Made by a program: the position numbers and the translations under genes. Shown here in pieces: positions 28,265 through 38,552 of a DNA stretch of 64,000 bases. The notes below the pieces were generated by a model. The model saw nothing but the letters and a program-made list of their open reading frames with translations. It was not told the origin of the DNA and did no database searches. The DNA is from Deltaproteobacteria bacterium. GTDB lineage: Bacteria > Myxococcota > Kuafuiibacteriia > Kuafuiibacteriales > Kuafuiibacteriaceae. Within the stretch, counting starts at the first letter, position 1, and every line of letters starts with the position of its first letter. The stretch lies in contig JAVJQW010000003.1 in the NCBI GenBank assembly GCA_040218735.1, positions 85,148 through 149,147 of the forward strand, read 5' to 3'.

Positions 28265-30073
28265 TCACGGCGCCGTGAGGTCGGCGCTCAGGGCCGCGTC
28301 GGCGCGCCCTGCGTAGCGCACGACCGCGTACCGGAGCACCAGCTCGGCGTCCCCGACCAGCGCGGGATCCTCGGCGAGGCGGGCGGCGAATCGTTCGAGC
28401 GTCTCCGCCTCCTCGCGGCGGAAACCTCGTGCGCCGAGCCGAGCCTCGAACGCGGCGTAGGCCTCGTCGGTCGTCGCGTAGCTCAGCGTCACCGCGACCT
28501 CCGTGGGCCCCTCGGACCGCACGAACCACGCGCGCAGCTCGCGCCGGAACAAAAAGAGGATCGCGAGCAACACGAGCGTCGGCGCGAACCACGCGACGTT
28601 TGCGTAGACGAACCGACCGAACCGATTCACGTACACCGCGACGAGCCCGACGAACGCGTCGAAGCCCACCGACTCCTCGGGCATGTGCCGCCGGAGCCCG
28701 CTGGCTGGCGTGGGGTCGAAGGTTCGCCAGGCGCCGTCGACGTAGGCCTCCACCCACGCGTGGGCGTTGCGCTGGCGAACGACCCAGTGCCCACCGAGCG
28801 CGTTGCGTTCCACGACGAGGTATCCGCCGACGACGCGCGCCGGTACGCCGGACGCGCGCGCGAGGAGCGCCATCGCGGAGGCAAAGTACTCGCAGTGCCC
28901 CGTCTGGTGATCCTCGAGGAACGCGAGGACGGGGTCCTTGTCGGGGTCGTGCTCGGGGATCTGGAGCGCGTAGGTGAACGTGGCGAGCTTCGCTCGAATG
29001 GAATCCAGCGAAGGCGACGACGAAGACGTCCACGCCCGGAGCACGCGACGAAGCTCGGGACGTAGCGCGTCGGGCAACGCGAGATCGTCCTCGTCCGGCG
29101 GCAGCAGCACCCGCGGTGCCGTCGCGGCGATGCCGATGCGGTCGGCGCTGACCCCCTCGGGCGGGGCGATCACCCCCAGTTCGTCCACGGTGACGATCCC
29201 ACCGGGGACGTCGACCACCTCCGCGTCCAGCGGCACGAACCAGTGTTCGTCGTCCGCGTCGACGTGTTCGACGAAGGTGGTGACGGCGCGACGGCTGACG
29301 TCGGTCCGCGCCCCCCTCGCGCCGAGTCGACCGTACCAGCGCCCCGCGCCGTACCGCGTGTAGACCGCGCCGCGCAGGTGATCGACGTGTTCGCCGAAGA
29401 CGCGGAGCGCCACCGAGTCGTCGTCGAGGATCTCGCGCAGCCCACCGAGCGCGATCGTGTCGCCGAACCCCGCCCGCCGATCCTCGCTCCCCTCGAACCA
29501 CGTCATCACGTACGCGTTGGCGACCGGCAACGCGCGACCGAGCACGGCCGTGACCGCGAGCGCGATGAAGGTCGCGGCGATGATCGCCACGCGCTGACGC
29601 GACGCCGGGAGCGACAAGGCCCGCCGTGGATCGGCCGCGGTGAGGCCCCCCATCGCCGCGGCGACGAAGCCGATCGTGAGCGGCACGAACGCCGTGAGGG
29701 GTCGGGCGTCGCCGAGGCCCATCACCCCCAGCATCGCGATGCCGAGCGTGAGCTCGTACCCTCCGATCGGTCGTTTGAATGGAACGCGCGCGCCGACCGC
29801 CAACACCCCGGCCAACGCGACCGCGTCGTAGAGACGCCGAGGCGCGGCCGCGCCGAGCAGGTCCTCGGTCGCCGGAACGAGCGCGGCGAACGTCGCGCCA
29901 CCCACGGCGGCGAATGACGCAAACACCGCGTCCACACCGCGCGGCGCGCGCGCGACGAGCGACGGCAGCAGCGTGAGCAACACCGCCACCCCACCGACGA
30001 ATGGGTGACCACCGAGCACGACGTAGCCGACCGTCGCGACGACGAGCGGCAGCCGCATCACGAGGCTCCGCAT
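28265..30073 (-). CDS. Membrane transglutaminase-like protein (TgpA/DUF3488 type)
   Basis: N-terminal TM helices; GHCEYFASAM, PARVVGGY, AHAWVE, FDPTP; TGATG overlap with DUF58. Confidence 0.9.
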   Translation of the reverse strand: MRSLVMRLPLVVATVGYVVLGGHPFVGGVAVLLTLLPSLVARAPRGVDAVFASFAAVGGATFAALVPATEDLLGAAAPRRLYDAVALAGVLAVGARVPFKRPIGGYELTLGIAMLGVMGLGDARPLTAFVPLTIGFVAAAMGGLTAADPRRALSLPASRQRVAIIAATFIALAVTAVLGRALPVANAYVMTWFEGSEDRRAGFGDTIALGGLREILDDDSVALRVFGEHVDHLRGAVYTRYGAGRWYGRLGARGARTDVSRRAVTTFVEHVDADDEHWFVPLDAEVVDVPGGIVTVDELGVIAPPEGVSADRIGIAATAPRVLLPPDEDDLALPDALRPELRRVLRAWTSSSSPSLDSIRAKLATFTYALQIPEHDPDKDPVLAFLEDHQTGHCEYFASAMALLARASGVPARVVGGYLVVERNALGGHWVVRQRNAHAWVEAYVDGAWRTFDPTPASGLRRHMPEESVGFDAFVGLVAVYVNRFGRFVYANVAWFAPTLVLLAILFLFRRELRAWFVRSEGPTEVAVTLSYATTDEAYAAFEARLGARGFRREEAETLERFAARLAEDPALVGDAELVLRYAVVRYAGRADAALSADLTAP

Positions 30074-31317
30074 CACAGCGTGATCGCCTCCTCGCGCTCG
30101 ACGGCTTCGACGCTCACGTCCTGGCCGATGACGATCGTCCTGCACCCCACCCCGCGTCGGCGGATCTCCGCTTCGACGCGGCGACGCTCCGGGTCGTCGG
30201 CGAGTGCGACGATCACCACCGACGACAACCGATCGAGGTGCGGCGCGATCAACGACAGCGTAGGCGCCGCCTCGAAGGTCGCCCCGGGTTCGACGACGGC
30301 GAGGAGGTCGAGGGCCTGTTCGAGGCGACCGAGGCTGCGCCCGAGCGTCAGCCGGTGCAGCTCCCCGCCGACGATCATCAGATCCACCAGCACGTCCCCG
30401 CGGACGAGGTGCGCCAACACACCCGCCGCAACTCGGATTGCGGCTTCGAGCGTCGGGCGATCCGCGGCGCCGAGATCCGTGTCGAGCACCAGCGACAGGC
30501 GCGTGAAGTACTCCTGCTGGTACTCGCGCACGACGGGTGTCCCGGTCCGCGCCCACGCGCGGTGGCAGAGATCCCGAACCGGATCGCCGGGCCGATACGG
30601 CCGCAACCCGATCAGCTCCCGCGCCTCGCCGGTCTGCGAAGCCAGGGCGATGCCGCCGGGCTGGTGTCGCGCTGTCGTCTCGAGGTCGAGCCGCGCGATC
30701 TTCGCGAGGCGCGGCAACACGAGGAACCTGAGGCCGGCCGTCTCGATGGTCGGCCCGAACGTCAGCCCGAACGTGACCGTCGCGGCGACGTGGAAAGGGT
30801 CGAGGTGGTGCTCACCGCGCGCGACGAACTCCAACGGGATGATCGCGCGCTCCGTCGCTCCCGCCGCGAGGTGTTGCAAGCCAGATTGACGCGAGAGGTA
30901 GCGACCGTCCCACGGGAGCAGCGGCCCATCGATGGCGATCGCGAAGTGGTCGCGGTCGCCGCGGTTCTCGAGCACGAACGTCACGTCGAGCCGCTCGCCC
31001 TCGCGAACGCGCGGCGCGTGCTCGACGCGCACCGAGACCTCATCCAGCGCGTAGAACCGACGTAGCGCCCAGCCCGCGACCAACAACCCCGTGAGCCCGC
31101 ACCACAGGATGTGCACGGCGTTCTCGCGGACCTCGAGCCCGAACGCGCCGACGATCAGCCACAGCACCCAGAGCACCCGGCCGACGTCGGTGCCGCCGCG
31201 ATACCAACGTTCGAGCGGTCGGGCGAGGAACGCGAAGCGCCCCTGCCGGAACTTGTCCCGCCCCGTCTTGGTGTCGGGGATCAGGATGTGATTGAGGCGC
31301 GCGAAGTCGACCCGCAC
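30073..31317 (-). CDS. DUF58 (VWA-like) protein
   Basis: RG.H, LRPYRPGDP.R...RAWAR...VVREY. Confidence 0.9.
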   Translation of the reverse strand: MRVDFARLNHILIPDTKTGRDKFRQGRFAFLARPLERWYRGGTDVGRVLWVLWLIVGAFGLEVRENAVHILWCGLTGLLVAGWALRRFYALDEVSVRVEHAPRVREGERLDVTFVLENRGDRDHFAIAIDGPLLPWDGRYLSRQSGLQHLAAGATERAIIPLEFVARGEHHLDPFHVAATVTFGLTFGPTIETAGLRFLVLPRLAKIARLDLETTARHQPGGIALASQTGEARELIGLRPYRPGDPVRDLCHRAWARTGTPVVREYQQEYFTRLSLVLDTDLGAADRPTLEAAIRVAAGVLAHLVRGDVLVDLMIVGGELHRLTLGRSLGRLEQALDLLAVVEPGATFEAAPTLSLIAPHLDRLSSVVIVALADDPERRRVEAEIRRRGVGCRTIVIGQDVSVEAVEREEAITL

Positions 31318-31426
31318 GGTGATTCGGCACGGTAGCGCGATCGTCGGCCCGCAGCCACCGCACCTCGGTCGTACGGGATCGCGTTCGTTCGTGCCCCGCG
31401 ACCCGCCACCGTGTTAGGCCCCGCGC

Positions 31427-32215
31427 GTGGCCTTCGATCCCGAGCGCTACTGGAACGAGCGACACGAGGCGACCCGCGGCCTCGACGGCGTCGGCTTCCT
31501 CGGGCTGCGCGGCCTGAACGAGTGGATGTACCGCGTGCGCCGCCGCGTCTTCCGTCGGACGGTGCGTCAGTCGGGCGTCGACGTCGCCGACGCGCGCGTC
31601 CTCGACGTCGGCTCGGGGACCGGCTTCTACCTCGAACGCTGGACGGAGCTCGAAGCGCGCGAGCTCGTCGGCACCGACTTCTCCGAGGTCGCCGTGGAGC
31701 GCCTGCGCGGCGCCTACCCGAACCTCCGCATCGAGCCGCTCGACATCACCACCGAGGAGCCCCTCGATGCGCTCGGCACGTTCGATCTCATCTCGGTGAT
31801 GGACGTGCTCTACCACGTCGTCGACGACGACGCGTACGCCCGCGCCTTCGCGAACCTCGCGCGGCTGCTGAACCCGGGCGGCCGCATCGTCTTCACGGAG
31901 AACTTCCTGCACCGCAGCTCCGACAAGGACCACGCGTGGCACACGTCGCGACGCCTCGACGAAGTCGAACGCGCCGTGCAGCGCGGCGGCCTCGTCATCG
32001 AACGCCGCCGCCCGTGGTTCGTGTTGATGAACGAGCCGGTCGACTCCGACTCGAAGCTGCACGCCCAGGCGTGGTGGTGGATGCAGAAGCTCAGCGAGAA
32101 GGTCCCGGGCGCCGGCTACACGATCGGCGCGGCCCTGTATCCGTCGGAGGTCGTGCTCACGCGCCTCCTCCGCGAGGGGCCCACGTCCGAGATCGCGATC
32201 GCCCGGCGCCCCTGA
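31427..32215 (+). CDS. Class I SAM-dependent methyltransferase
   Basis: VLDVGSGTG, GTDFS, FDLI..MDVLYH, LNPGG. Confidence 0.88.
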   Translation: MAFDPERYWNERHEATRGLDGVGFLGLRGLNEWMYRVRRRVFRRTVRQSGVDVADARVLDVGSGTGFYLERWTELEARELVGTDFSEVAVERLRGAYPNLRIEPLDITTEEPLDALGTFDLISVMDVLYHVVDDDAYARAFANLARLLNPGGRIVFTENFLHRSSDKDHAWHTSRRLDEVERAVQRGGLVIERRRPWFVLMNEPVDSDSKLHAQAWWWMQKLSEKVPGAGYTIGAALYPSEVVLTRLLREGPTSEIAIARRP

Positions 32216-32282
32216 CTGTCCGCGTACAGTCCGTGGACGGCCTCGAATCGCCGATTTCAGCCCAACGACTGCCCGCGCGTCT

Positions 32283-32297
32283 TGGCACGCCGCTTGG
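32283..32297 (+). promoter_or_regulatory. Possible sigma-54 promoter
   Basis: TGGCACGCCGCTTGG (-12 element GG instead of GC), 15 nt upstream of ATG 32312. Confidence 0.4.
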
Positions 32298-32311
32298 AAT
32301 CCACGTCGGGC

Positions 32312-32761
32312 ATGAAACAGCTCACCACGACCCTGACCCTCCTCGCCCTCTGCTCCGCCTGCGGCGGCCTCGAAGACGACCTCACCGCGTCCACCTCGGA
32401 CGAGGCGTCGTTCAAGACGACGTCCCCCCAACGTGACCAGCTCATTCGGGACTTCGGCATGGACGGCGATCTCTGCTTCGCCGGACAGCGCGAGGTCATG
32501 TGCGTCAGCGCGGACCGACGAACGCCCCTGTCCGTCGGCGACGCCGTCGGCGGATCACTGTCGCTGTGCGCGGAGACGCAGCGCGGCCGCGTCAGCTGCG
32601 GCGAGCCGGACGTGCAGGCGTACTGGTGTGGTCTCGGCGGCTGTATCTGTCAGAACTACGCCGACTGTTGGAAACTCGCGGTCGAGAAGGACTGCACCGT
32701 ACACCCCATCCCCTGCGCCGGGTGCCCCGTCGTGACGGGTGTGTGCACGCCGGGGCAGTGA
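32312..32761 (+). CDS. Small Cys-rich lipoprotein
   Basis: Lipobox CSAC; Cys-rich C-terminus. Confidence 0.7.
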   Translation: MKQLTTTLTLLALCSACGGLEDDLTASTSDEASFKTTSPQRDQLIRDFGMDGDLCFAGQREVMCVSADRRTPLSVGDAVGGSLSLCAETQRGRVSCGEPDVQAYWCGLGGCICQNYADCWKLAVEKDCTVHPIPCAGCPVVTGVCTPGQ

Positions 32762-32766
32762 CCGCG

Positions 32767-33270
32767 TCAGTCCCAGCTGCCCCGTCGACGCTTGGTGGAG
32801 GCGGGGCTGGTCGGGCGCTTCCCCGCCGGGCGCCGCTTGAGCGGCGACGCGGTCGGGTCGAGGAAGCTCGACACCTTCAGCGAGCCGGCCGGCGCAGCGC
32901 TCCCGAACACCGGGGCGCGATTCGAAACGGACTCCCCGACCATCCGCGCGAAGCGCGCGCGGAGCTGACGGTTCTTCGCACCGGAGGCGATCCCCAGCGC
33001 TCGAAGCGCGCGCTCGTCCTTCGCGAGCACCGCGTAAATCGTGTCGGCGATCGGCGCCGCGCGGTGCTTCGTCTCGAACAGCAACCCGAGGCGAACGAGC
33101 GCTTCGAGCTGCGCGCGCGGCTCGAACTTCTTGTCGGCGAACATCGCGTCGAGCGCGAGGTCGAGCCCCTTCGCGGCGTCGGCCTGGAAGCGGTAGCCCC
33201 CCTTGGACTTGATGACCATGCGGAGCGCGAAGTCGGCGAGGGCGGTGGTGTCCTGACGTTCTTGGTTCAT
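32767..33270 (-). CDS. Hypothetical basic protein
   Basis: GAGG upstream of ATG, coding-like codon bias, immediately downstream of the acidic repeat gene. Confidence 0.65.
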   Translation of the reverse strand: MNQERQDTTALADFALRMVIKSKGGYRFQADAAKGLDLALDAMFADKKFEPRAQLEALVRLGLLFETKHRAAPIADTIYAVLAKDERALRALGIASGAKNRQLRARFARMVGESVSNRAPVFGSAAPAGSLKVSSFLDPTASPLKRRPAGKRPTSPASTKRRRGSWD

Positions 33271-33280
33271 GGCCTAACCT

Positions 33281-34525
33281 CTACAGCTCGATCGGGGTGG
33301 TGATGGGGGGCAGCTCTTCTTCCGGCTCGGACTCGTGAACCACGTTGTCGCCGTCGCCCACGAGCACGCGGTTGCGCTCGCCTTCCGTCGCGACCAGGTT
33401 GTCACCGTCGCCGAGCACGATCCGCGCGTCGTCGCCTTCGCTCAACACGAGGTGGTCGCCGTCGTTCGCGAACGAGATGTGCGCGTCGTCGCCGGCGTTC
33501 AACACCGCGTCCGATCCGGTGACCGGCGCTTCACCGACGCCCGGACGGTACTGGCCGATCGTCACGCCGTCGCCGCTGTTGAGGTAGCGGTCGTTGCCGT
33601 CGCCGTCGACGAGCGTCGCGCCGTCGGCCGCGTTGAGGATCACGTCGTCGCCCGCGTTTCCGCCCGCGCCGATCTCGAGGCGACGTTCGGCGTCGTTCAA
33701 CGACGGGTCGAGGAAGATCGTGTCGTCACCGCCGCGGCCCGCGATCTCGACGCGGTCCAGGTCGGCACCCGGCACCGACGTGAGGAGCGACTCCTCGCCG
33801 TCCGCGTTGGTGTAGTTGAGATCGTACGCCTCGCGCTCGGCGTCGTAGCTCAGACGCATCCGATCCCCTTCGCCGGTCCCCTCGACGCGCAGCGTGCGCG
33901 CGTCGGCGTCGAGCGAGAACTCCGGCGCGGCGGTCGCGGTCACCGTGTCCGCCTGCGCGTCGTACGCGTCCTGCATGACTTCGTGCTGTCGCGTGCGATC
34001 GGGGCCGGTCGTGTCGTCGTCCGCGTCGACCTCGCTCATCGGGCGCCCGCCGTTGGCCTGGTAGTCGGTCCACGCCGCCTGAGTGTCCGGGCCCCAGAAG
34101 CCGTCGACGCCGTGCTCGCCGAGGTCGTAGCCGGCGTCCGCGAGCTCCTGCTGACGCGCGCGGACGTGCTCGCCCTTCATGCCTTCGCCGACCTCCTCGG
34201 CGGATCCGGCCTCGGCGTAGACGCCGTTCGCGTAGCTGTCGGGGCGCGCGTAGTTCGCGGACGGCAGCTCGGGGTCGGGGCTCGTCGCGGCGGCGTCATC
34301 GCCGTCGGCCATCTCGGCGACGCGGTCGGCGCCTTCCGAGACGTCGAGCCCGGTGTCCGCCGCGCCCGCCAGCAGCCCGGCTCGCTCGGCGTCCTCCAGG
34401 TTCCCCTCGAACCGGAAATGGTCGACCGTGATGCGGGTCCCTTCGAGCGTCACCTGCCCGGAATCCGGGTCGATGTTGCCCGTGAGGTTGGTTCCGGTGA
34501 GGCGCGTGACGTCGAGGTTGGTCAT
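33281..34525 (-). CDS. Acidic protein with PG-binding motif and RTX-like Ca-binding repeats
   Basis: Q.EL..AGYD....GVDGFWGP.T; GRGGDD, GNAGDD, GDGND and GDGDN repeats; no signal peptide. Confidence 0.75.
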   Translation of the reverse strand: MTNLDVTRLTGTNLTGNIDPDSGQVTLEGTRITVDHFRFEGNLEDAERAGLLAGAADTGLDVSEGADRVAEMADGDDAAATSPDPELPSANYARPDSYANGVYAEAGSAEEVGEGMKGEHVRARQQELADAGYDLGEHGVDGFWGPDTQAAWTDYQANGGRPMSEVDADDDTTGPDRTRQHEVMQDAYDAQADTVTATAAPEFSLDADARTLRVEGTGEGDRMRLSYDAEREAYDLNYTNADGEESLLTSVPGADLDRVEIAGRGGDDTIFLDPSLNDAERRLEIGAGGNAGDDVILNAADGATLVDGDGNDRYLNSGDGVTIGQYRPGVGEAPVTGSDAVLNAGDDAHISFANDGDHLVLSEGDDARIVLGDGDNLVATEGERNRVLVGDGDNVVHESEPEEELPPITTPIEL

Positions 34526-34542
34526 GGGTGCCGCCGAGCAGT

Positions 34543-34558
34543 AGCACCCGGCGGGCCA
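34543..34558 (-). promoter_or_regulatory. Sigma-54-type promoter
   Basis: TGGCCCGCCGGGTGCT on the minus strand, 19 nt upstream of ATG 34525. Confidence 0.5.
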
Positions 34559-34630
34559 AACGTCCCTCCCCCCGGCGGCGGTCCGCGAGGTGTCGGATCG
34601 ATCCGACACTGACGGGTCGAGCCGTCGAGA

Positions 34631-35557
34631 TCAGGTGGGCACGGCGACGCCCGCGACGATCTCTCGAACGATCTGCGCCGCGTGTTTCCCGCCGTACCGT
34701 GCCTGCTGGCCGAGCCGTAGCCGGTGCGCCAACACCGGCTCCGCCAGCGCCTGCACGTCGTCCGGCGAGACGTAGTCCCGGCCCGTGATCAACGCGCGCG
34801 CCTGCGCCGCGCGATACAGCGCGATCGCTCCGCGCGGCGACACGCCCTGCTCCAGGTCCAGGTGATCCCGCGTCGCCCGCACCAGCCGCAGCGCGTACAG
34901 CGCGACGTCGCGCTGCACTTCGATCCGGCGCGCCGCCGTGATCAGCTCCGTGACGCGCGCACCGTCGAGCACCGGCTGCACCGCGTCGAGCGGATCGTCG
35001 GTCTTGCGATCGAAGAGCACCTCGAGCTCCTCGGCCTCCGTCGGATAACCCATCGTGACCCGCACGCGGAACCGATCGAGCTGCGCCTCCGGCAACGGGT
35101 ACGTGCCCTGACTGTCCGCCGGGTTCTGCGTCGCCAGCACGAAGAACGGCGCCGGCAACGTGCGCGTCTTCCCGTCGAGCGTGACCTGTCGTTCACTCAT
35201 CGCTTCGAGGAGCGCCGACTGCGTCCGCGGCGACGCGCGGTTGATCTCGTCCGCCAACATCACCTGCGTGAAGATCGGCCCGGGCTCGAAGCGAAACGTG
35301 CCTTGCGAAGGTTCGAGGATGCTCGTCCCCAGGATGTCGGTCGGCAACAGGTCCGGCGTGAACTGCACCCGCGTGAACTCCAGCGCGAGCGCCTTCGCCA
35401 ACGCCTTGGCGAGCGTCGTCTTGCCCACGCCCGGGACGTCCTCGATGAGGACGTGCCCCTCGCTCAAGATCCCGACGAGGACGAGCTCGATCGCCTCCGG
35501 CTTCCCGCGAATCACACGCGCGAGCGCCGCGCGGACCGCCTCGATCGAGCCGCTCAA
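34631..35557 (-). CDS. MoxR-family AAA+ ATPase
   Basis: EDVPGVGKT, QFTPDLLP.D, DEINRA.PRTQSALL, ATQNP, LPEAQLDRF. Confidence 0.95.
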   Translation of the reverse strand: MSGSIEAVRAALARVIRGKPEAIELVLVGILSEGHVLIEDVPGVGKTTLAKALAKALALEFTRVQFTPDLLPTDILGTSILEPSQGTFRFEPGPIFTQVMLADEINRASPRTQSALLEAMSERQVTLDGKTRTLPAPFFVLATQNPADSQGTYPLPEAQLDRFRVRVTMGYPTEAEELEVLFDRKTDDPLDAVQPVLDGARVTELITAARRIEVQRDVALYALRLVRATRDHLDLEQGVSPRGAIALYRAAQARALITGRDYVSPDDVQALAEPVLAHRLRLGQQARYGGKHAAQIVREIVAGVAVPT

Positions 35558-36258
35558 CGCCGGCGCTTCTTCTTCTTCACCCAGTCCACGACGCTGATGT
35601 CGTGCCGCACGCGCTCGCCGTTCTTGGCTTCTGCGGTGAGCGTCGCCGACCCGATCGCGCGCGCCTCGACCTCACCGGTCGGCGTCACGGTGACCGCCCA
35701 GCTCGACGCGTTCCAATCGATCTTCGCGTCCTCGATCACGTTGCCGCGATCGTCGAGCACCTCGGCCTTGAAGTTCTTGATCTCACCCATCGGCATCTCG
35801 ATCGGCTCTTCACTCTCCGGCGGATCCACCCAGCGGATCTTGTCGACGATGACGGCCTCGATCGGCACCTCGGCCGACAGCTCCTTTTCGAGCTTCGTCG
35901 TGCGCGCCTTGATGACCGACTTCCCGCTGCCGAGGATCGTGACGACGCCGGACTGATCGATCGAAGCGACCGTGCGATCCGTCGAGTCCCACTTCACGGG
36001 CGCGACGCCCATGTACACGCCGCGGTCGTCGAACGAGGAGACACGCAGCTTGATCGTGTCGCCCTTGTTCTCGAACGTGGGGAAGACGGTCTTCGCGTCC
36101 TTCGTCTTCTGCAGCGACTCGACCGCGTCGAGTGGCCCCTTGATCCGAATCTCCGACGGCACCTTCTCGCAGGCGCTCACCACCAACGCGATCGCCGGCA
36201 TCCACAGCCAGCCGCGCATTCGCTCCCAGAGTCGTCGTCGTCGCCGTCGGTTCGCCAT
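35554..36258 (-). CDS. Ig-like (Big_2) domain lipoprotein
   Basis: Lipobox VSAC; W.STD..VASID.SG.VT; start uncertain. Confidence 0.75.
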   Translation of the reverse strand: MANRRRRRRLWERMRGWLWMPAIALVVSACEKVPSEIRIKGPLDAVESLQKTKDAKTVFPTFENKGDTIKLRVSSFDDRGVYMGVAPVKWDSTDRTVASIDQSGVVTILGSGKSVIKARTTKLEKELSAEVPIEAVIVDKIRWVDPPESEEPIEMPMGEIKNFKAEVLDDRGNVIEDAKIDWNASSWAVTVTPTGEVEARAIGSATLTAEAKNGERVRHDISVVDWVKKKKRRR

Positions 36259-36302
36259 CTTGGGGCGGGTCGTACCCCGAACGCCCCGCGCGCGGTCAAT
36301 GG

Positions 36303-36749
36303 TCAACCGTACAGTCGGGCGGTGTTCGGCGGATCGGCGTTCTCTTCGACGTAGGGTTCGAACGCTGCACGGATGTCACCCGGAATGGTGGTGCTGGTGT
36401 GCTCGTCGAGGTTCATCGCCACGACCTTCACACTCGCCGTCGCGAGCAGCCGCCCCTCCCGGTAGACGCGGTACTCCACGGTCGCCGATCGGTCCGTCAG
36501 ACGCGAGAGGAACATCTGCACGTCGACCACCTCACCGAAGCGCGCCGGCTCCTTGAACTCGGTCGCGACCTGAACCGTCGGGAAGCCGACGCGCCTTCCG
36601 TTGAGCACCTCCGCGTAGTTGATCTGGAGCACTTCGTCGAACCACGTCTCGAACGTGTCATGGAACCACTCGAAGAAGCGCGGGTAGTAGACGATCCGCG
36701 CGGGGTCGGCGTGACCGAAACGAACGCGGACCTGTTTCGTCAGGCGCAT
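36303..36749 (-). CDS. Acyl-CoA thioesterase (4HBT/YbgC family)
   Basis: VRFGHADPA.IVYYP.F..WF. Confidence 0.88.
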   Translation of the reverse strand: MRLTKQVRVRFGHADPARIVYYPRFFEWFHDTFETWFDEVLQINYAEVLNGRRVGFPTVQVATEFKEPARFGEVVDVQMFLSRLTDRSATVEYRVYREGRLLATASVKVVAMNLDEHTSTTIPGDIRAAFEPYVEENADPPNTARLYG

Positions 36750-36792
36750 GCCCGTTCCTTAGCACCGATCGGTGGTATGGTCCGCGTCTTCG

Positions 36793-37548
36793 ATGTCGGT
36801 GCTGATCGACACGGTCCGCGAGGTCGACACACCGGAGCACCTCGCCTTCAAGGCTCGCATCGCGGGGCCCAGCCGACGCCTCCTCGCGTGGCTGCTCGAT
36901 CTCGTCGTTCAGTTCTTCGTCGCCATCGCGCTACTCATGATCATCGGCGCGGTTTCGTCGGTCGGACCGTCCGGCCTCGGCACCGGCCTGTCGCTCTTCC
37001 TCATCTTCATCCTCCAGTGGTTCTACTTCACCATCGCGGAGGCGATCACCGGCGGACGCTCCCTGGGGAAGATCGCGTTCAAGCTGCGCGTCGTACGACC
37101 CAACGGCCTGCCGATCACCTGGCGCGAGTCCATACTCAGGAACTTCCTCCGTGCCGCCGACCACGGGATCTCGCCGACGCTGCTGCTCTTCGGACCGATC
37201 GTCATGATGTTCAACAAGAGCTTCCAGCGCCTCGGTGACCTCGCCGCCGGGACGATCGTCGTCGTCGAGGAGTCGGTGAACGTGAAGAGCACGCCGACCC
37301 TCGAAGCCGACCCGAAGATCGTGCAGGAGCTCCCCGGCATCCTCCCCCTCGACCAAGACGACCTCGAAGCCCTCGAGCTCTTCGTCAGCCGCGAACGCAT
37401 GAGCGACGCCCGGCGCGACGAGCTCGCCGCGATCGTCGCGCCGCACTACGCAAAGCGCCTCGCCGTCCCGAACCCGAAGGACCCCACCAAGTTCCTCGCC
37501 GCGCTGTGGGCGCGCGCGCAGGATCCGACGCGGAGGATCGGCGCATGA
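36793..37548 (+). CDS. RDD-family membrane protein
   Basis: TPE..., RRLLAWLLD, G.SLGK....LRVV, RN.LR.AD, QRLGDLAAGT.V. Confidence 0.92.
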   Translation: MSVLIDTVREVDTPEHLAFKARIAGPSRRLLAWLLDLVVQFFVAIALLMIIGAVSSVGPSGLGTGLSLFLIFILQWFYFTIAEAITGGRSLGKIAFKLRVVRPNGLPITWRESILRNFLRAADHGISPTLLLFGPIVMMFNKSFQRLGDLAAGTIVVVEESVNVKSTPTLEADPKIVQELPGILPLDQDDLEALELFVSRERMSDARRDELAAIVAPHYAKRLAVPNPKDPTKFLAALWARAQDPTRRIGA

Positions 37549-38552
37549 ACCGCGAAGAGCTCGTCCGCAGCCGCCGCGAACGCTGGAACACCCTCGCGCG
37601 ACTCCTCTCCAAGGCCGAAGCCGTCCGCGGGATGCACACGCTCGGTCCGGCCGGCGTGAAGGAGATGGCCGAGCTGTACCGCGCGCTCGCGGGTGACCTC
37701 ATGCTCGTGCGGCGCGAAAAACTCGGCGCCGATCTGGAGCGCTACCTCGACAACCTCGCGAGCCGCGCGCACAACGCGCTGTACGCCGGGACGTCCGTCG
37801 GCCAGCGCACCAGCCTGCTGTCGATGTTCCTCGACTTCCCGGCCGCGCTGCGACGGAACCTCCGCTTCTTCCTCATCGCGCTCGCGCTGTTCTACGTGCC
37901 GGGCGCCGTCGCCGGGTACGCCTCCTACGTCGACGAGGGCTACGCGCTCGCGGTGATGAGCGCCGGCCAGCTGCAGAGCATGGAGGAAATGCACAGCAAG
38001 GGGCACAAGGACGGCCGCGCCGCGGACACCAACGCGAGCATGACGGGCTTCTACGTGTGGAACAACGTCGGCATCGCATTCCGCTGCTTCGCGACCGGCG
38101 TGTTGTTCGGGCTGGGGCCGGTGTTCTTCCTGCTCTACAACGGGCTGGTGATGGGCGTGGTGTTCGGGCACCTCGCACGCACCGGGTACGGCGAGAACAT
38201 CTTCAGCTTCGTGTCGACCCACGCGCCGTGGGAGCTGACCGCGATCGTGATCAGCGGTGCCGCCGGATTACAGATGGGCTTCGCGCTCGTGAAGACCTAC
38301 GGCCGCACACGCGCCGGCAACCTGCAGGCGCACGGCCTCGAAGTCCTCCGCCAGGTCGCGGGCGCCGCCGCCTTCCTGGTGATCGCGGCGCTGCTGGAGG
38401 CTTGGTACTCGCCGTCGTCGCTGCCGCCGGTCGTGAAGTACTACAGCGGGCTCGTCGGCTGGATCCTCGTGGCCGGCATCATCGCGTTCGCGGGACGCAA
38501 CCGCTCGCTCCCCGAGGACGTGATCGCGCTGCGCCAAGGGAGGGTCTCGTGA
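37545..38552 (+). CDS. SpoIIM/DUF95-family membrane protein
   Basis: LY....DL, YL..L..RAH, NNV.IAF..F..G, NG..MG, H..WEL.AI, AALLE. Confidence 0.9.
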   Translation: MNREELVRSRRERWNTLARLLSKAEAVRGMHTLGPAGVKEMAELYRALAGDLMLVRREKLGADLERYLDNLASRAHNALYAGTSVGQRTSLLSMFLDFPAALRRNLRFFLIALALFYVPGAVAGYASYVDEGYALAVMSAGQLQSMEEMHSKGHKDGRAADTNASMTGFYVWNNVGIAFRCFATGVLFGLGPVFFLLYNGLVMGVVFGHLARTGYGENIFSFVSTHAPWELTAIVISGAAGLQMGFALVKTYGRTRAGNLQAHGLEVLRQVAGAAAFLVIAALLEAWYSPSSLPPVVKYYSGLVGWILVAGIIAFAGRNRSLPEDVIALRQGRVS

